Origin: Azolla caroliniana
Lineage: Eukaryota > Plantae > Polypodiophyta
Length of the DNA: 64,000 nucleotides
Reading direction: 5' to 3'
Assembly: GCA_043228905.1 (NCBI GenBank)
Contig: JBHGNT010000008.1
Span: forward strand, 15,066,001 to 15,130,000
The notes under the pieces are model-generated. The model had not been told where the DNA came from, made no database searches, and saw only the letters and a program-made list of their open reading frames with translations. Made by a program: the position numbers and the translations under genes. Below are positions 11,100-25,131 of the stretch, piece by piece (position 1 is the first letter of the stretch; each line of letters opens with the position of its first letter).

Positions 11100-12635
11100 C
11101 AGTTTTTTATATTATCCCAAGCACATAACTTAAAGAGTTATGTGTGGACCTTAAGCCATAAGTGAAGACTCACCGTTCTCGATTGAAGAATATTGTTTGT
11201 CATCAGACTCTTCGTTTTCTACCGAAGAGTATTGTCTGTCGACAGACTCACCATTTTCTATCATAGAATATTGTCTCCAAATATGTTGTGCCCATGGTTG
11301 TATGTCAATGATTGGAAAATCAAAGTTGTGAGAATTAAGGCGATACTATTTTTCGATGATTGGTGATGAGCAAGACACTTACCTCGAGTGACATATGCAA
11401 CTAGTGTCTGACAAATGTATGGGGATCAAAGTATCATTCGAGTATTATATCTTCCATGCGCACCAGATATGTAGAATTGCATTCAAAATTGCGTTATGTG
11501 TTAGTAACATGCGGCTACATAGAGTACAACAACGTCTACTTAGTGGGGATCAGATGCTCAATTGTAAAGAGGTTCCAAGTATGAAAGGTGCAATTGGAAG
11601 TCATGCTATTGGTTGGATTAAAAGTTACTTTTAGTTAAATTGTGAAGTAATGCCCACTACAGGTAGGATGCACCTCTTTGATAATTACACACATCGGGAA
11701 GTTTATGATGTCTATTGATCTGATATAGTGGGCTCATGCAATAAATCTGTCACATATAGCCAATTCACAAGATTATGGAGAGCTCGGTTTAAAAATGTTA
11801 TCATTCTACGTAAAGTACGCATGGGGTATTACTCCATTTGTGCAAATCTTAAAAGTTTGGCGAAAGGTGCAAAGCCATCAATGGAAAAGGATATGAGTAC
11901 AGCCATGGTAGATAAAGGTTAAATATATTGTGAAGTCATGGTGATGAACGTTTATTTATATGTTGATCAATATGCAAGAATGGAAGAAGATGGATGAACA
12001 TTGGGTCTTAGCCAATGATCACATGAGATGGGAAAAAGAGTCATGTATGTGTGTCCACCACTGTTTGTAGTCTTCTACTTTGAGTCTCTGAGTTTGTGTT
12101 GAGAATCAAGCTCAACTTGGTCTAGTGTGTGAACTCACCTTGAGAGTGAAGAGACACTCCAACGGTCAAGAGTCACCATTATGTCACCACTTTGTATTCT
12201 AGCATTTAGTATGAGTCATAGAATCATATTCTATGACACATAACTTATGAGCTTTCACATTCCCCATGCTCCATGAGTCTTGTAGTTAATGAAGAGAGAG
12301 GGTGACTACATAAAGCACCCTCCTCCCACCTTGTATAACGTTGAGTCTTCCTCCTTTGTCAATATACTTTTACCTTGCGTATTCTCTGTGTTTCACTCAC
12401 TCTCTCTCTCTCTCTTACACACACACATAACTCACATCTCTTCCGATTCACAAGAATCCATCTCTTGATTCTTTACATGGTATCAGAGCGATTTGGTAGC
12501 TCGATCTAGCCATTCGCCTCATCATGATCGTGTGTTGTGCTCTATGCCGACGACCAAGAACCGGCTCATAGCTATCGTAGATTCGCTACATAGCTCGCTT
12601 TCGAAGAGAGAAGAAGAAGAAGAAGAATCGACATA

Positions 12636-15600
12636 ATGAATACTCAAATGGGGAACTCTCTCCCTACCGAGAAGTTGGATCAAAACAACTTTGCATCTTG
12701 GGAGTACAAGATGCACCAATACCTTGTCGGACAAGGCTATTGGAGCTACATCAAAGGAGCGCATGAAGACCGACCCGCCGAAGCGGCTCCCGGATACGCG
12801 ACATGGGAGCAAGCCGCAAGCCGCAAGCCGTGTGATGTATTGTTTGGCGATATGTGTTCACAACCACATGCTCGGTTACATTCGAGAAACCAAGACGCGA
12901 AGGAAGCGTGGGAAAATCTACGAAAGATTTTCACCGCCAACACGACCGCGAGGAAGCTTCAAGTCCGCCAAGAGTTGAACAACATTCAACAAAGGGACAT
13001 GTCCATCATGACATACACCTTGAAGATCAAGGAGCTTTGCGACTCACTCGGCTCAATAAGCGTAAGTATAGATGATGATGAGATGGTGCAAATATGCCTC
13101 GGCGGCCTCGCACCACGGTTCGACACGATGTGAACCGCCATTCTAGCACGGGAGAAATCTCCCTCCTTCTTCGAGCTCCAATCAATGCTATTGGTTGAAG
13201 AAAACCATGTGCGTACAAGGACCAATGAGTCGGAAGGCCACATGCTCTACACGCACTCTAATGGAGGAAGAGGATGCGGACGAGGTCCGACCTACGACAA
13301 CAACTCCCAATTTCGGCTGCAAAACGGAGGCCAACGAGGAGCCTTCGCAAGCAGGGGGAGCTTCCACTCTGGCCCAAGCCGTCAAAACGCAACCGAATGT
13401 GAATATTGCAGAAAGCTCGGCCACCACGAAGAAGAGTGCCGAAAGAAGATGCATGAATCGGCTTTCATAAGCTGACAACTCACGAATTATGCACACAACT
13501 CCGACTACGAAGATCGTGGCGGAATGTATGCACACAACTCCGACTGTGGCGAAATGTACGGGCACAACTCCGACTACGCAGATTGTGGCGGAATGTATGC
13601 ACACAACTCTGACCGTGGTGGAATGTTCATGATGAAACATAAAGCAAACTCTATGTCGCCCGCTACCTCAACTAGTGCCTCCGGTCTGGAAGACGTATGA
13701 TTCGTCGATTCCGGTGCCTCGAACCATATGACATCGCATCAAGAATGGTTCCGAGAACTTCGAGAGCTGGATTGACCCGGCTATGTCTAAACCGGAGACG
13801 ACACTACGCACCCAATTCGGCACATTGGCAATGTTCCGTTCAGAAAAGAAGGTAAGCAAAATTACATTAAAAATGTCTTGCATGTACCGACCATTACGAA
13901 GAATTTGGTCTCCGTCGGCCAAATTGTAGAGCAAGGGATGCAAGTTCGATTTAATCAAGGCGATTGCTTCATCGAAAAAGAGGGCTGACTCATCGCACGT
14001 AGACGAAGAGAGGGCCGGATGTTCATTCTCGATTCACGCGAGATGAAATCCTCCATGTTTGCGAAAAACACGAAAGCCGACTCTAACATAGAGCTATGGC
14101 ACAAGCGAATCGGCCACATCAATCTCAAGAAACTCAAAGCAATGAAATCGAAAGGAGTCGTCATCGGACTCCCGACATTTAAAGAGAAGGAGATTGAAGG
14201 TGTATGTGAAGCGTGCTAATTCGGCAAGCAACTCCGACACCCATTCCCAAAAGAGCAGAACGTGAGCAAAGGTCTACTCGACGTAGTCCATTCCGATGTA
14301 TGGGGATTGGCGCAGACGGCTACATTCGGCGGATGCCGATATTACGTGCTCTTCATCGATGACTTCTCTAGGCACTCTTGGATCTTCCCGATGTGGCAAA
14401 AGAGTGAAGTGTTCAGACACTTCCAAAATTTCAAGAATGAAGTCGAGAAAGCCACGGGCCGACATGTACGATGCCTTCAATCGGATGGCGGCAAGGAGTA
14501 CTTCTCGGACGATTTCATGGCGTAGCTCCGAAAGGAAGGAATTCGGCGAGAATTCACTTGCCGACACACTCCGCAACAAAACGGAGTAGCCGAGCGCAAA
14601 AATCGGCACATCCTCGAAGTAGCGCGGGCCATGATGAATGAGAAGCATATGCCCAAGTCATATTGGGCTGAAGCTGTAAATACGGCCGTCTACCTAATGA
14701 ACCGGTGCACAACATCCGGCGTGCACGAGGTCACTCCGCACGAAAAATACTTTGGAAAGAAGCTGGACTTATCGCACATCCGGATATTCGGCGCGATAGC
14801 GTACGTACAAATCCCCAACGAGAAGCGTCAAAAGCTTGACCCAAAGTCGGAGAAATGTATCCTCATAGGATACTGACTGGAGCAAAAGGGGTACAAGTGC
14901 TACAACCCCTCAAGTCGAAAATCTCGATTAAGTCAAGATGTTGTTTTTGACGAGTCCGCATCCTGGTATGTACCAGAGACAACTTCGACTCCGACTCCGC
15001 TCGACCCGGAATCCGCTGAACAAGAGATAGAGGATGAAGATCATTTTACGCGCATGTTCGAAGAAAGTCTGATCACGACCCGACTGAACGGACCACACGA
15101 GCCTCCGAGCGATCAAAGCACATCACGGCATAGCCTGAAGATGGACAAAGGCAAGGCGAAAATGGCGGAATACGAAGAAGATCACTTCGACGACGATGAA
15201 TTGACTCACTCACTTGACAGTGAGTTCGGCGGCTTCGACGTACCAATCGGAGCTAAGAAAGCCCTCATCTCTGCAAATGAAAAGCTCCATCGGTCCACCC
15301 GTGAAAAGAATCCGGTTAGCCGATTCGGCTACAATGACTACATGGCATATCACTATGCCTTTATGATGAAGGTGGCGACAATACGCGAGCTGGAAACATT
15401 CTCCGAAGCAGCCAAGGATCCGCGATGGATCGAAGCCATGAACGAGGAGATGCAGGCACTACACAAGAACGAGACTTGGGATCTCGTTCCCATCTCACCA
15501 CAAAAAAAGGAGATCGGATGCAGATGGATTTACAAAGTGAAGTACAACGCCGACGGCTCCGTCAACCGCTACAAAGCGTGACTCGTAGCGAAAGGCTACA

Positions 15601-16955
15601 CCCAAACGCATGGAGTTGACTATGAGGAGACCTTTGCCCCAGTGGCAAAGATGACGACGGTACGTACCGTAATTGCGCTTGCCACGGCGAAAGGGTGGCA
15701 CCTCCATCAAATGGACGTCAAGAACGCCTTTCTACAAGGAGAATTAGAAGAGGAGGTGTACATGATACAACCACCCGGCTTCGAATCGCGCATTCATCCG
15801 AAAGCTGTTTGCCGACTCCAGAAGCCACTCTACGGCCCCAAGCAAGGACCGCGTGCTTGGCATTCGAAGATAACGCAATATCTTCATCAAATCGGCTTCC
15901 GTATGTTAAAATCGGACAACTCCCTCTACATACGAAGCGATTGCGCAAGTCCGATCGTCATCATCTTATATGTGGATGACCTAGTCATTGGAGGTAAGCA
16001 TCTCATCGAAATCAATAAGGTGAAATCCCTCCTTTCCGGCAAGTTTGAGATGATGGACATGAAGGAGCTCCACTACTTCCTTGGCATCGAGGTAATTTCG
16101 ACTCTGGCCGGAATCATGATCTCTCAATGGCACTACATCCTCAACTTATTGTACAATTTCGGGATGGTTGAGTGCAAATCCGTGGCAACCCCGCTCGATC
16201 GTAATCTCAAACTAGACGCGAATTCCGGCACCAAAGCGTGTGAGCCGACTTAGTATCGGCAACTCATCGGGAGTCTCATCTACCTCACGATCACTCGACC
16301 CGATCTCAGCAATCCAGTCAGTCTCCTTAGTCAATTCATGCAAACACCGCGTGATACTCACTTGGATTGTGCTAAGCGAGTTCTACGATACGTGAGCGGC
16401 ACAATGGATTGTGGCATCCTCTACAAGACCGCGATGCCAATACGCCTCGAGGGTTACACAGACACCAATTGGGCCGGCTACAAAGCCGATAGAAGATCAA
16501 CCTCCGGATTTGTTTTCTCCCTCGGCAGCGGAGCAATATCCTGGAGTAGCCAAAAGCACCCTATCATCGCTCTTTCGAGTACGGAGGCGGAATATAGGGG
16601 CGCAGCCGTAGCTGCGTGTGAAGCCGTATGGCTCAAGAGGATTTTGAAGGATCTGGGTGTACCCATCAAGGATCCGAATCCCCTTTACTGCGACAACATG
16701 AGCAATATTTATCTGGCTCGGAACCCGGTGTTCCACCCGCGGACAAAGCACATCGAAGTGCACTATCACTTCATCCGAGAGCGCGTTCTAGCTGGCGATG
16801 TTGACCTACAACACATTAGCACCAATCTTCAAACGACTGACATCTTCACTAAAGCCTTAGGAGCCAACAAGCTATGGCAATTCATGACCAATCTCGGATT
16901 AACGATCCCTGAGCTGCCAAGCTTGAGGGGGAGTACTAAAGATATTACGCAATAA
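12636..16955 (+). pseudogene. copia gag-pol (gag, Zn knuckle, protease, integrase, RT, RNase H)
   Basis: [61 protein letters not shown]; multiple stops and frameshifts. Confidence 0.95.
13487..13625 (+). repeat. 39-bp tandem repeat (~3.5 copies) between gag and protease
   Basis: GTATGCACACAACTCCGACTACG...GTGGCGGAAT repeated in frame. Confidence 0.85.
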
Positions 16956-18137
16956 CGAGTGGATTACGCAACCACGCAACAAAGCCGTGAAGAAAGACGC
17001 AAGCCGAAGCACAGACTTCGTAACTACGCAAAACGCAAGCTGGAGCACGGATTCTGCAACTCCACATAAAGCGAGTCGACGCGGACTCCGGAATGTGAGT
17101 TGAAGCGGATTTCGGATACCGTCTGAAACTGACCCGACTTGAGCTTGAGGGAGTGTGTTGAGAATCAAGCTCAACTTGGTGTAGTGTGTGAACTCACCTT
17201 GAGAGTGAAGAGACACTCCAACAGTCAAGAGTCACCATTATGTCACCACTTTGTATTCTAGCATTTAGTATGAGTCATAGAATCATATTCTATGACACAT
17301 AACTTATGAGATTTCACATTCCCCATGCTCCATGAGTCTTGTAGTTAATGAAGAGAGAGGGTGACTACATAAAGCACCCTCCTCCCACCTTGTATAACGT
17401 TGAGTCTTTCTCCTTTGTCAATATACTTTTACCTTGCGTATTCTCTGTGTTTCACTCTCTCTCTCTCTCTCTCTCTCTTACACACACACATAACTCTCAT
17501 CTCTTTCTCTTCACAAGAATCCATCTCTTGATTCTTTACAGTTTGTTATTGGCCTATCATGGCCACAACTTTTATGATGTTGTCAGACTAATCATTTTCT
17601 CATGTATGTAGAATTTATACTAATGAAGAATATTGTTTTGGAAAAAAGAAGAAGGATATGAGTAAGAAGTTAGTACAGGAGCATCGTGAGGCACAATCAT
17701 TAGAATGAAAGAAGGTGATGCATCATAGAGAGAAGTGTTTGAAGAGGCCTGAACAATATGTGTGCTTAATGATAGATGGCATGGACCAGAAGACGACGTG
17801 CTTGCCATATATCCGGAGGCTCCCCAAAGACATCAATGATGAGTACCTTGTTCAACTGCACTTGGTAGGATGCTTGGCTTATATAGGTCTGTTGGACCTC
17901 ATGCCTTCATTACATACCCTAATGTTCACAATGACTCTAATGTAACAGTTACAGTGATTCACCGAGTTTTGATATCTTGGGGCCAACCATTTCCCCCTGT
18001 TCTATACATTCAATTGGACAATACTGCTACAGAGAACAAAAATTCAACTGTGTTTGGCTATCTAAGTATGTTGGTCAGCCAAAGATTGTTTAGAAAAGTG
18101 AAAGTCGATTTTCTTTTGGTTGACCACACACATGATC

Positions 18138-21100
18138 TGACAGGAACTACACGCTCTCTATGAACAACGCTCGGCCACAATTGAGTCAAAAATCAAACAC
18201 AGAAAACGGATAATGAACGCACGACACAAAGGAGAGAAGAGTACACAGGATGTTTAATGTGGAAAACCCTGAGAGGGAAAAACGACGGGAGTTCACAGAC
18301 TCCAAACTATCACTATATCACAATGATTACAATAGTGAGCTCATGGAGGCAACGACCTCGTGCTTACGATCTTCGCCACAGGCGGCGGTTACAACAGAGG
18401 CAACGACCTCTTCCTCTCTCTCTCTCTCTCTCTGTACACTGTTACGCGCTCTCTAGTCTTGCGCCAACAAGAATGACAACAACCTACTTCTAAGTTTGCC
18501 CTAAGTCATATTTATACTAATATGACTTTTTGGCTATTTACACATATAGCCCCGATGGACTCTCAGAAAACATATTTACGAATATGTCCCTTTATCCGGT
18601 GAGCACTTCTCACCGAGCCTTCATCATCCGGCTCTTGCCGGGTACTCCTCATCCAGTTCTCACCGGGTCTTCCATAGCCGGGTACTCCTCATCCGGTTCT
18701 CACCGGGTCTTCTGAAGCCGGGTACTTGTCATCCGGTTCTCACCGGGTCTTCCGTAGTCGGGTAGTTTACTCATCAGTATTGTTCTTCTCACTTCCCATC
18801 CGGAGGGACCTGTTTCCTAACAAACTCCCCCTTCACTCCGGTATGGGATGTCTTACTAGTCCGATCTGCTTCCAGCATGCATCCAGCTTGTCGGGTATTA
18901 GTACTTTGGTCAGGATATCTGACCCGTTCTCGGCCGTGTGGATCTTCGTCAGCGTGAACTCCTAGTCATCTACTCATTCCCGGATCCAGTGATACCTTTG
19001 TTGGATATGCTTCGTCCTGGAATGGTAGGCCGCATTCTTAGCAAGGTGGATGGCACTTTGACTGTCACAATAGAGCCGGTATTCATCTTGCCGGATACTA
19101 AGCTCTCCGATGAAGTCCTTCATCCATAATATTTCCTTGCCGACTTCCACAGCCGCCGTGTACTCCGCTTCCGTGGTTGACAATGCAACTGTCTTCTGCA
19201 GCCTCGACTGCCACGAAACAACTCCCCCTACATATGTCATTACATACTCGTATATAGACCGGTTGGTATCCACATCAGCCGACATGTCTGAATCGGTAAA
19301 ACCGTCAAGTGAAGGTTTGCCGGAACCGAATCAGAGACACATATTTGAAGTTCCCTTCAAGTACCGGAGTATCCATTTGACCGCGTTCCAGTGCTCCTTG
19401 CCGGGATTGCTCATAAACCGGCTCACCACTTCGACTGCGTAGCCTATATCCGGCCGGGTACACACCATTGCGTACATCAAGCTCCCGACGGCAGAGGCAT
19501 ATGGAACCTTCATCATATCATCCTTCTCTGCTTTCATCTTCGGGCTTTGCTTACCGGATAATCTGCAGTTTGCTGGGAGTGTCGATTCGACTGGTTTTGC
19601 TTCTAACATGTTGAACCGTTGAAGCACCTTTGTTATGTATTTCTCCTGTGACAGCCACAGTTGCTTCGTTGGCTGGTTCCGGATGATATGCATCCCCAGC
19701 ATTTGTCTTGCCGGACCCAAGTCTTTCATCGCGAAGGTTCGGTTGAGAGCCTTCTTCAGCATCCATATCCTGGCTTAGTTCCGTCCGACGATCAACATGT
19801 CGTCCACGTACAGAAGGAGTATCAGGAAGTCGCCTCCTTCGAACTTCTTCACAAACACACAGTGATCAGCCTGTGTCTTGTGGTACCCTTGATCGGTCAT
19901 GAAGGAGTCGAACTTCCGGTACCATTGTCGAGGAGCCTGCTTCAGTCCGTACAAGCTCTTCTTCAACCGGGAAACTAGGCGCTCCTTCCCTTTCTCCGCG
20001 AATCCTTCCGGTTGCGGCATGTAGATCTCCTCTTCGAGGTCACCGTGAAGGAATGTCGTCTTCACGTCCAGCTACTCTACCTCGAGGTCCATGCTTGCTG
20101 CTATACTCAGCATCGTCCGGATGGAGGTCATCTTTACTACCGGGGCAAATATCTCGTCGAAGTCCACGCCCTTCTTCTACTGGAACCCCTTCACCATGAT
20201 CCTAGCTTTGTATCTCGGGGGTTTTCCGGCATCTCCCGGTTTCAACTTGTACACCCACTTGTTTCGGAGTGCCTGCTTTCCTTTTGGCAACTCCACCAAT
20301 TCGTACGTATGGTTCTCAGGCAGGGAATCCATCTCATCCTGCATGGCACTTAACCATTTGCAGCTGTGGGTGTCATCCTCCGCTTCTTCGAAGCTTTCTG
20401 GCTCCCCTTCATGGGTTAGCAGCACATGCTCTGCATCCGGAAATCTCCGGGGGGGCCTTCTCTCTCTGAGAGGATATCTCCGTCTTTGGGCTTCGGTAAT
20501 CGGCCCCTCCATTCGCTCTTCATCCGAATCCGATTTGGGGTCTTGGCCGGTTCCGGTTTCAGCTTCCTCTACTTCTTCTTCTGCCGGTTCGGTATCCTCA
20601 CCATAACCGACTGGTTCCTCGAGTGCTAACCGGTCTCTTGCTAGTTGGGTCTGCTCATCGTAGAATCGATCCTTACCGGTCGACTCGGAGTTCATTATCT
20701 TCTTCTCTGACTCCCAGTCGGCGAGCGTCTTGTCCTCCATGAAGATAATATCTCTATTCCGGAATTCCTTCTTGTCGGCCAGGTCCCACACTCGGTAGCC
20801 GAAATCATCGTCGCCGTAACCGAGGAATATGCATGGCCGGGTCTTTGGATTCAACTTTCCTCTCCGGTCCTTAGAACATGCACGTACGCAAGACACCTGA
20901 ATACTTTTAGATGCCGGTAGGCAACTTCCTTACCGGTCCAGACTCTCTGTGGCGTGTCTCCGTCCAAGGGTACTGAGGGTGATCTGTTTATCACATATGT
21001 CGTCGTCGACAGTGCCTCAGTCCAAAACTTCTTGGGTAGTTTTGCATGCGCTAGCATACTCCGGACCCTCTCCATTATGGTCCGGTTCATCCTCTCGGCC

Positions 21101-23632
21101 AGCCCATTCAGTTCCAGCGTCTTCGGCACGGTAAATTTGACCCGGATTCCCTTCGAGCGACAATACTCCTCGAACTGACCCCAGTATTCACCTCCATTAT
21201 CTGCGCGAACCATCTTCAGCTTCCGACCGGTTTCTCTTTCCACTCTCGCGTGGAGCTCTTTGAAGACGGATAGCACCTAATCCTTCGTCTTCAATGGTGT
21301 GGTCCACAGCTTCCAGCTGCGGTCATCTATGAACGTCACGAAGTACTGCGATCCTACATGTGACTTCCTGTCCACTTGACACACATCAGTATGCACCAAC
21401 TCCAGTGGTGCATTACGTCTCATCGGTGGCCTTGGTCTGAAGGAGGTCCGGTTTTGCTTACCGGCCAGACAATCAGTGCACTTCTCCAAGTGCACGTTCT
21501 TCAATGGAATGAGGTTGTCTTCTGCAAGCCTCTTCATCCCCTTCTCGCTCATGTGACACAGTCTCTTGTGCCACAACTCACCGGTAGTGTCAGATGCCAC
21601 GTTCACTTCTTCCGGGCATAACCGGGCATTCATCAGGTACAACGTGTTGATGTTCCGGGCCCGAGCCACAATCAGGCTTCCTTTGCTGAACTTCATAACA
21701 CTGTTCCGGATGCTACCCGTGTAGCCTTCATCATCTAGCCGACCGGCTGATATCAGGTTCAGACGAACCTCCGGAACGTGTCGGACATCCTTCAGCAGCA
21801 ACTTGCATCCGGTTGGTGTTGTCAACCATACGTCACCTATGCCGACAATTCAACATGTACCTTCATTCCCCATCCGGACACAGTCGTGATCACCGGCTGA
21901 GTAGGATGTGAAGCATTTCCGATCCAGGGTAAGGTGGAACGACGCTCCAGAGTCGACCACCCAGGTCATCTCGTCGCCGGCAAGGTTTAGCTCACTCTCC
22001 TCAATGATGAGCATCAACTCTTCTTCACTTGCCGCGATTGCCGTCGTTCCCTTCTGGTCTGTTCCCCTCCGGTCTTTACCGTTCCGGTCCGGTGTCCGCT
22101 TCGAATTGGTACCGTCGGTTTCCTTGTCTTTCCGGAAATGCCGACAGTTCTTCTGGAAGTGTCTCGGCTTGCCGCAATAGAAGCAAGTAGGCCTCCCCCT
22201 TGACTTTGACCGTTTCCCCGACTTTTCCCGGTTCTAGGGACTACGGTTTCTTAGTCTTCTGCGTTCCGATTCGGTAAGGAGCGCTTTGGAGTCGGAGCTC
22301 GTATCCTTATCTTTCCGACGCGCCTCCTCATCTAGCAAGCTCGACTTCACTCTTGCTAGGGATAACCAATTCCCTTCCGGCCCGGCGTTGCCCAAAGTGA
22401 CAACCAACATCTCCCAGCTATCCGGGAGGGAACCGAGCAGGAGTAGCACTAGTACCTCATTGGCGAGAGGTACTTCCAATGATGTTGCCTGGTGTATCAG
22501 CCCCTAGAAGGTATTCATGTGCTCCGCCATGCTGGAGCCATCTTGGTACCGGAGTCTTACTAGCTTTCGTAATACCGAAACCTGGTTAACAACATTTTTG
22601 TTCTGAAACATAATGTCGATCTTCTCCTAGAGCTCATGAGCCTTGCTCTCTTCATTGAAGTTGTTGTATAGACTCATGTCGATGAAGCACCATATGTACG
22701 CCGTTGTCATCATGTGCATCACCTCCCATATCATGGCGTCGATTTTTTCTGGTCTCTTGTCCCCAAACTGAACCAGCAACCAAAGACCTTTAACCACGAG
22801 CATGTCTCTCATCTTCGACTTCCACACCGAATAGTTGGAGCCGGTAAGCTTGAACATGCCTCCCAACTATTCGTCCATTTTCTATGTCGTTTTGCTCTGA
22901 TACCACTTTGACAGGAACTACACGCTCTCTATGAACAACGCTCGGCCACAACCGAGTCAAAAATCAAACACAGAAAACGGATAATGAACGCACGACACAA
23001 AGGAGAGAAGAGTACACAGGATGTTTAACGTGGAAAACCCTAAGAGGGAAAAACCATGGGAGTTCACAGACTCCAAACTATCACTATATCACAATGATTA
23101 CAATAGTGAGCTCACGGAGGCAACGACCTCGTGCTCACGATCTTCGCCACAGGCGGCGGTTACAACAGAGGCAATGACCTCTTCCTCTCTCTCTCTCTCT
23201 ATACACTGTTACGCGCTCTCTAGTCTTGCGCCACCAAGAATGACAACAACCTACTTCTAAGTTTGCCCTAAGTCATATTTATACTAATATGACTTTTCGG
23301 CTATTTACAAATATAGCCCCTATGGACTCTCAGAAAACATATTTACGAATATGTCCCTTTATTCGGTGAGCACTTCTCATCCGGTTCTCACCGGGTCTTC
23401 TGTAGCCGGGTACTCCTCATCCAGTTCTCATCGGGTCTTCCGTAGCCGGGTACTCCTCATCCGGTTCTCACCGGGTGTTCCAAAGACGGGTACTTGTCAT
23501 CCGGTTCTCACCGGGTCTTCCGTAGCCGGGTAGTCCACATTCGGTTTCAGCCTCGGCCTATCGGCCTCGGCCGAGTTTACTCATCAGTACTGTTCTTCTC
23601 ACTTCCCATCCGGAGGGACCTATTTCCTAACA
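18138..23632 (-). mobile_element. Full-length Ty1/copia element B (Tnt1/Tork-like)
   Basis: LTRs 18138-18822 and 22909-23632, TSD TGATC, tRNA-iMet PBS at 22894-22905, PPT ~18823-18837. Inserted into the transposase HTHD|HID motif. Confidence 0.95.
18833..22878 (-). pseudogene. copia gag-pol of element B
   Basis: CFYCGKPRHFQKNC, DSGASFH, WHKRLCH, LVHTDVC, FLHGDLEEEIYM, LYVDDML, HSRTKHI; several stops. Confidence 0.95.
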
Positions 23633-25131
23633 TGATCATATAGATAAGATGTTTAGCACATTCTCCAGACAGATGTCTCGGCATGATTCTTTCACATTAC
23701 CAAAACTATTTGATGTCTTTTGAGATGCATATACACTACGCCCAAAAGTGTTACACTTGAAGGAGGTATATCACTTTAAGAGATATATATCAGATGGGGA
23801 TGTTGGGAATGTTAAAGTGCTAAACAAAATTCATCTTCTACAAGATGGGAACTCTAAGGTGGTTGCTAGTTATTACTTTGTATGTCGAGTACAATTGTCC
23901 ATGGAGTTAAACAAATGCCAATTGAGAAGAAAGGACAGTTGCATAGTGGCTTGGTATCGGAACAAAAACAATTATGGCTCCAAGCCTTAGAAGAAAAAAG
24001 AAAGCATATTGAGGCCGCCAAGAAATATGCCACACAACAAGACACGTCATGGTGGGATGTATCTTTTAGTGATCAGAAAGGAATTATAGACAATTATGTA
24101 TTTGGTGATAATTGGAATTTGGAAACGCCATTCACATGGTCGCTACAACATGATCGTGTAAATAAAACTTTGGAGCAACCAGCAAATGCGATTAATGACA
24201 GTTTGGTCCATCGACAACAAAGAGACATTTATGTGGGACCAAGGATGACCAAAGCAACCGAAGCTAGATGGCAAGGCAATTTGCAAGAGCTCGCGGCGGG
24301 GATGTTGATTGCAACGCCGGCTAATGAGAACTCACATGGCCACCAATTTTGAGTTGGTAAAATTCTAGAAGTGCTAATGCATGAAATAGAAAACACTTGC
24401 AAGTCTATAAATGTTCATGGGTACAACACTAGAAGTGCAAATGCTTTTACAGGTAAGTATACATTAGAGATGATTGAATGCCCAACGAAAAGGGGAGGTA
24501 GGAAGAGGAAGCGAAACATTTGTAACACCTTGACCCTTGATATCTTTGATGTGGATATCATCGTGTAGGACTTTATGCTTACAGAAGCCGGATGATTAAG
24601 GAAGTCAACAATAGATATAATAAAAGAAATATTACCAGGTCTACAAGGTGGCTCGAGTCAAAGGCCAACAAGATCTGCTACATATAATCTAAAGTCAAAC
24701 CATTTGGTTAATGATGAAGATAATGCACTGATTGGTACATCTGAGGATGACGAGTAGGAATCGTCATTGTATATTAGTTATATTCGTGATTCTCCGTAAA
24801 GGAGTGATCATGAATGTATTTTTGGCTATTAAGTGTAACTACATTCCGCTTGTAACAAATCGAGTAATATAAAAGCATGTGTTTTGAATTCTTATGATTT
24901 CTAAAAAATCGATTCTTATAAAATAACATTGGTTGTAAACTTTGTGATATAAATTTAGAATGTAACATTCTGAAATTCCTCTTCTTTTATTTATTTCTAA
25001 ATCACGAAAATAGTGGATTTTTAACCTTTTTCATAGTATGTTTGAACATGTATGATATTGGTATCAATGTGTTTTGTAAAATCATTGAAAAAGTGCTAAA
25101 ATCAACCAAAATATTCCTTATCCTTCCATTT

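Larger units (their letters stand above)
12097..17540 (+). mobile_element. Full-length Ty1/copia element A
   Basis: LTRs 12097-12477 and 17156-17540, TSD GTTTG, PBS TGGTATCAGAGC (tRNA-iMet) at 12478, PPT before 17156. Confidence 0.95.
11900..17651 (+). mobile_element. ~300-bp 5'-truncated non-LTR (LINE-like) insertion, itself split by copia A
   Basis: 13-bp duplication AAGGATATGAGTA at 11887-11899 and 17652-17664, an A/GAA-rich tail, and absence from transposase copy 2. Confidence 0.65.
11158..24799 (+). pseudogene. DUF7869/Sola-like DDD transposase, copy 1, in three pieces (11158-11899, 17665-18137, 23638-24799)
   Basis: CLMIDGMDQKTTCLP, LYIQLDNTATENKN, FLLVDHTHD|HIDKMFS. Collinear with the uninterrupted copy at 44982-47660. 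Confidence 0.85.

Noticed and set aside
18250-18493. Short ORFs repeated at 23021-23260
   Set aside because: They lie in the two LTRs of copia B; the duplication reflects LTR identity, not genes.
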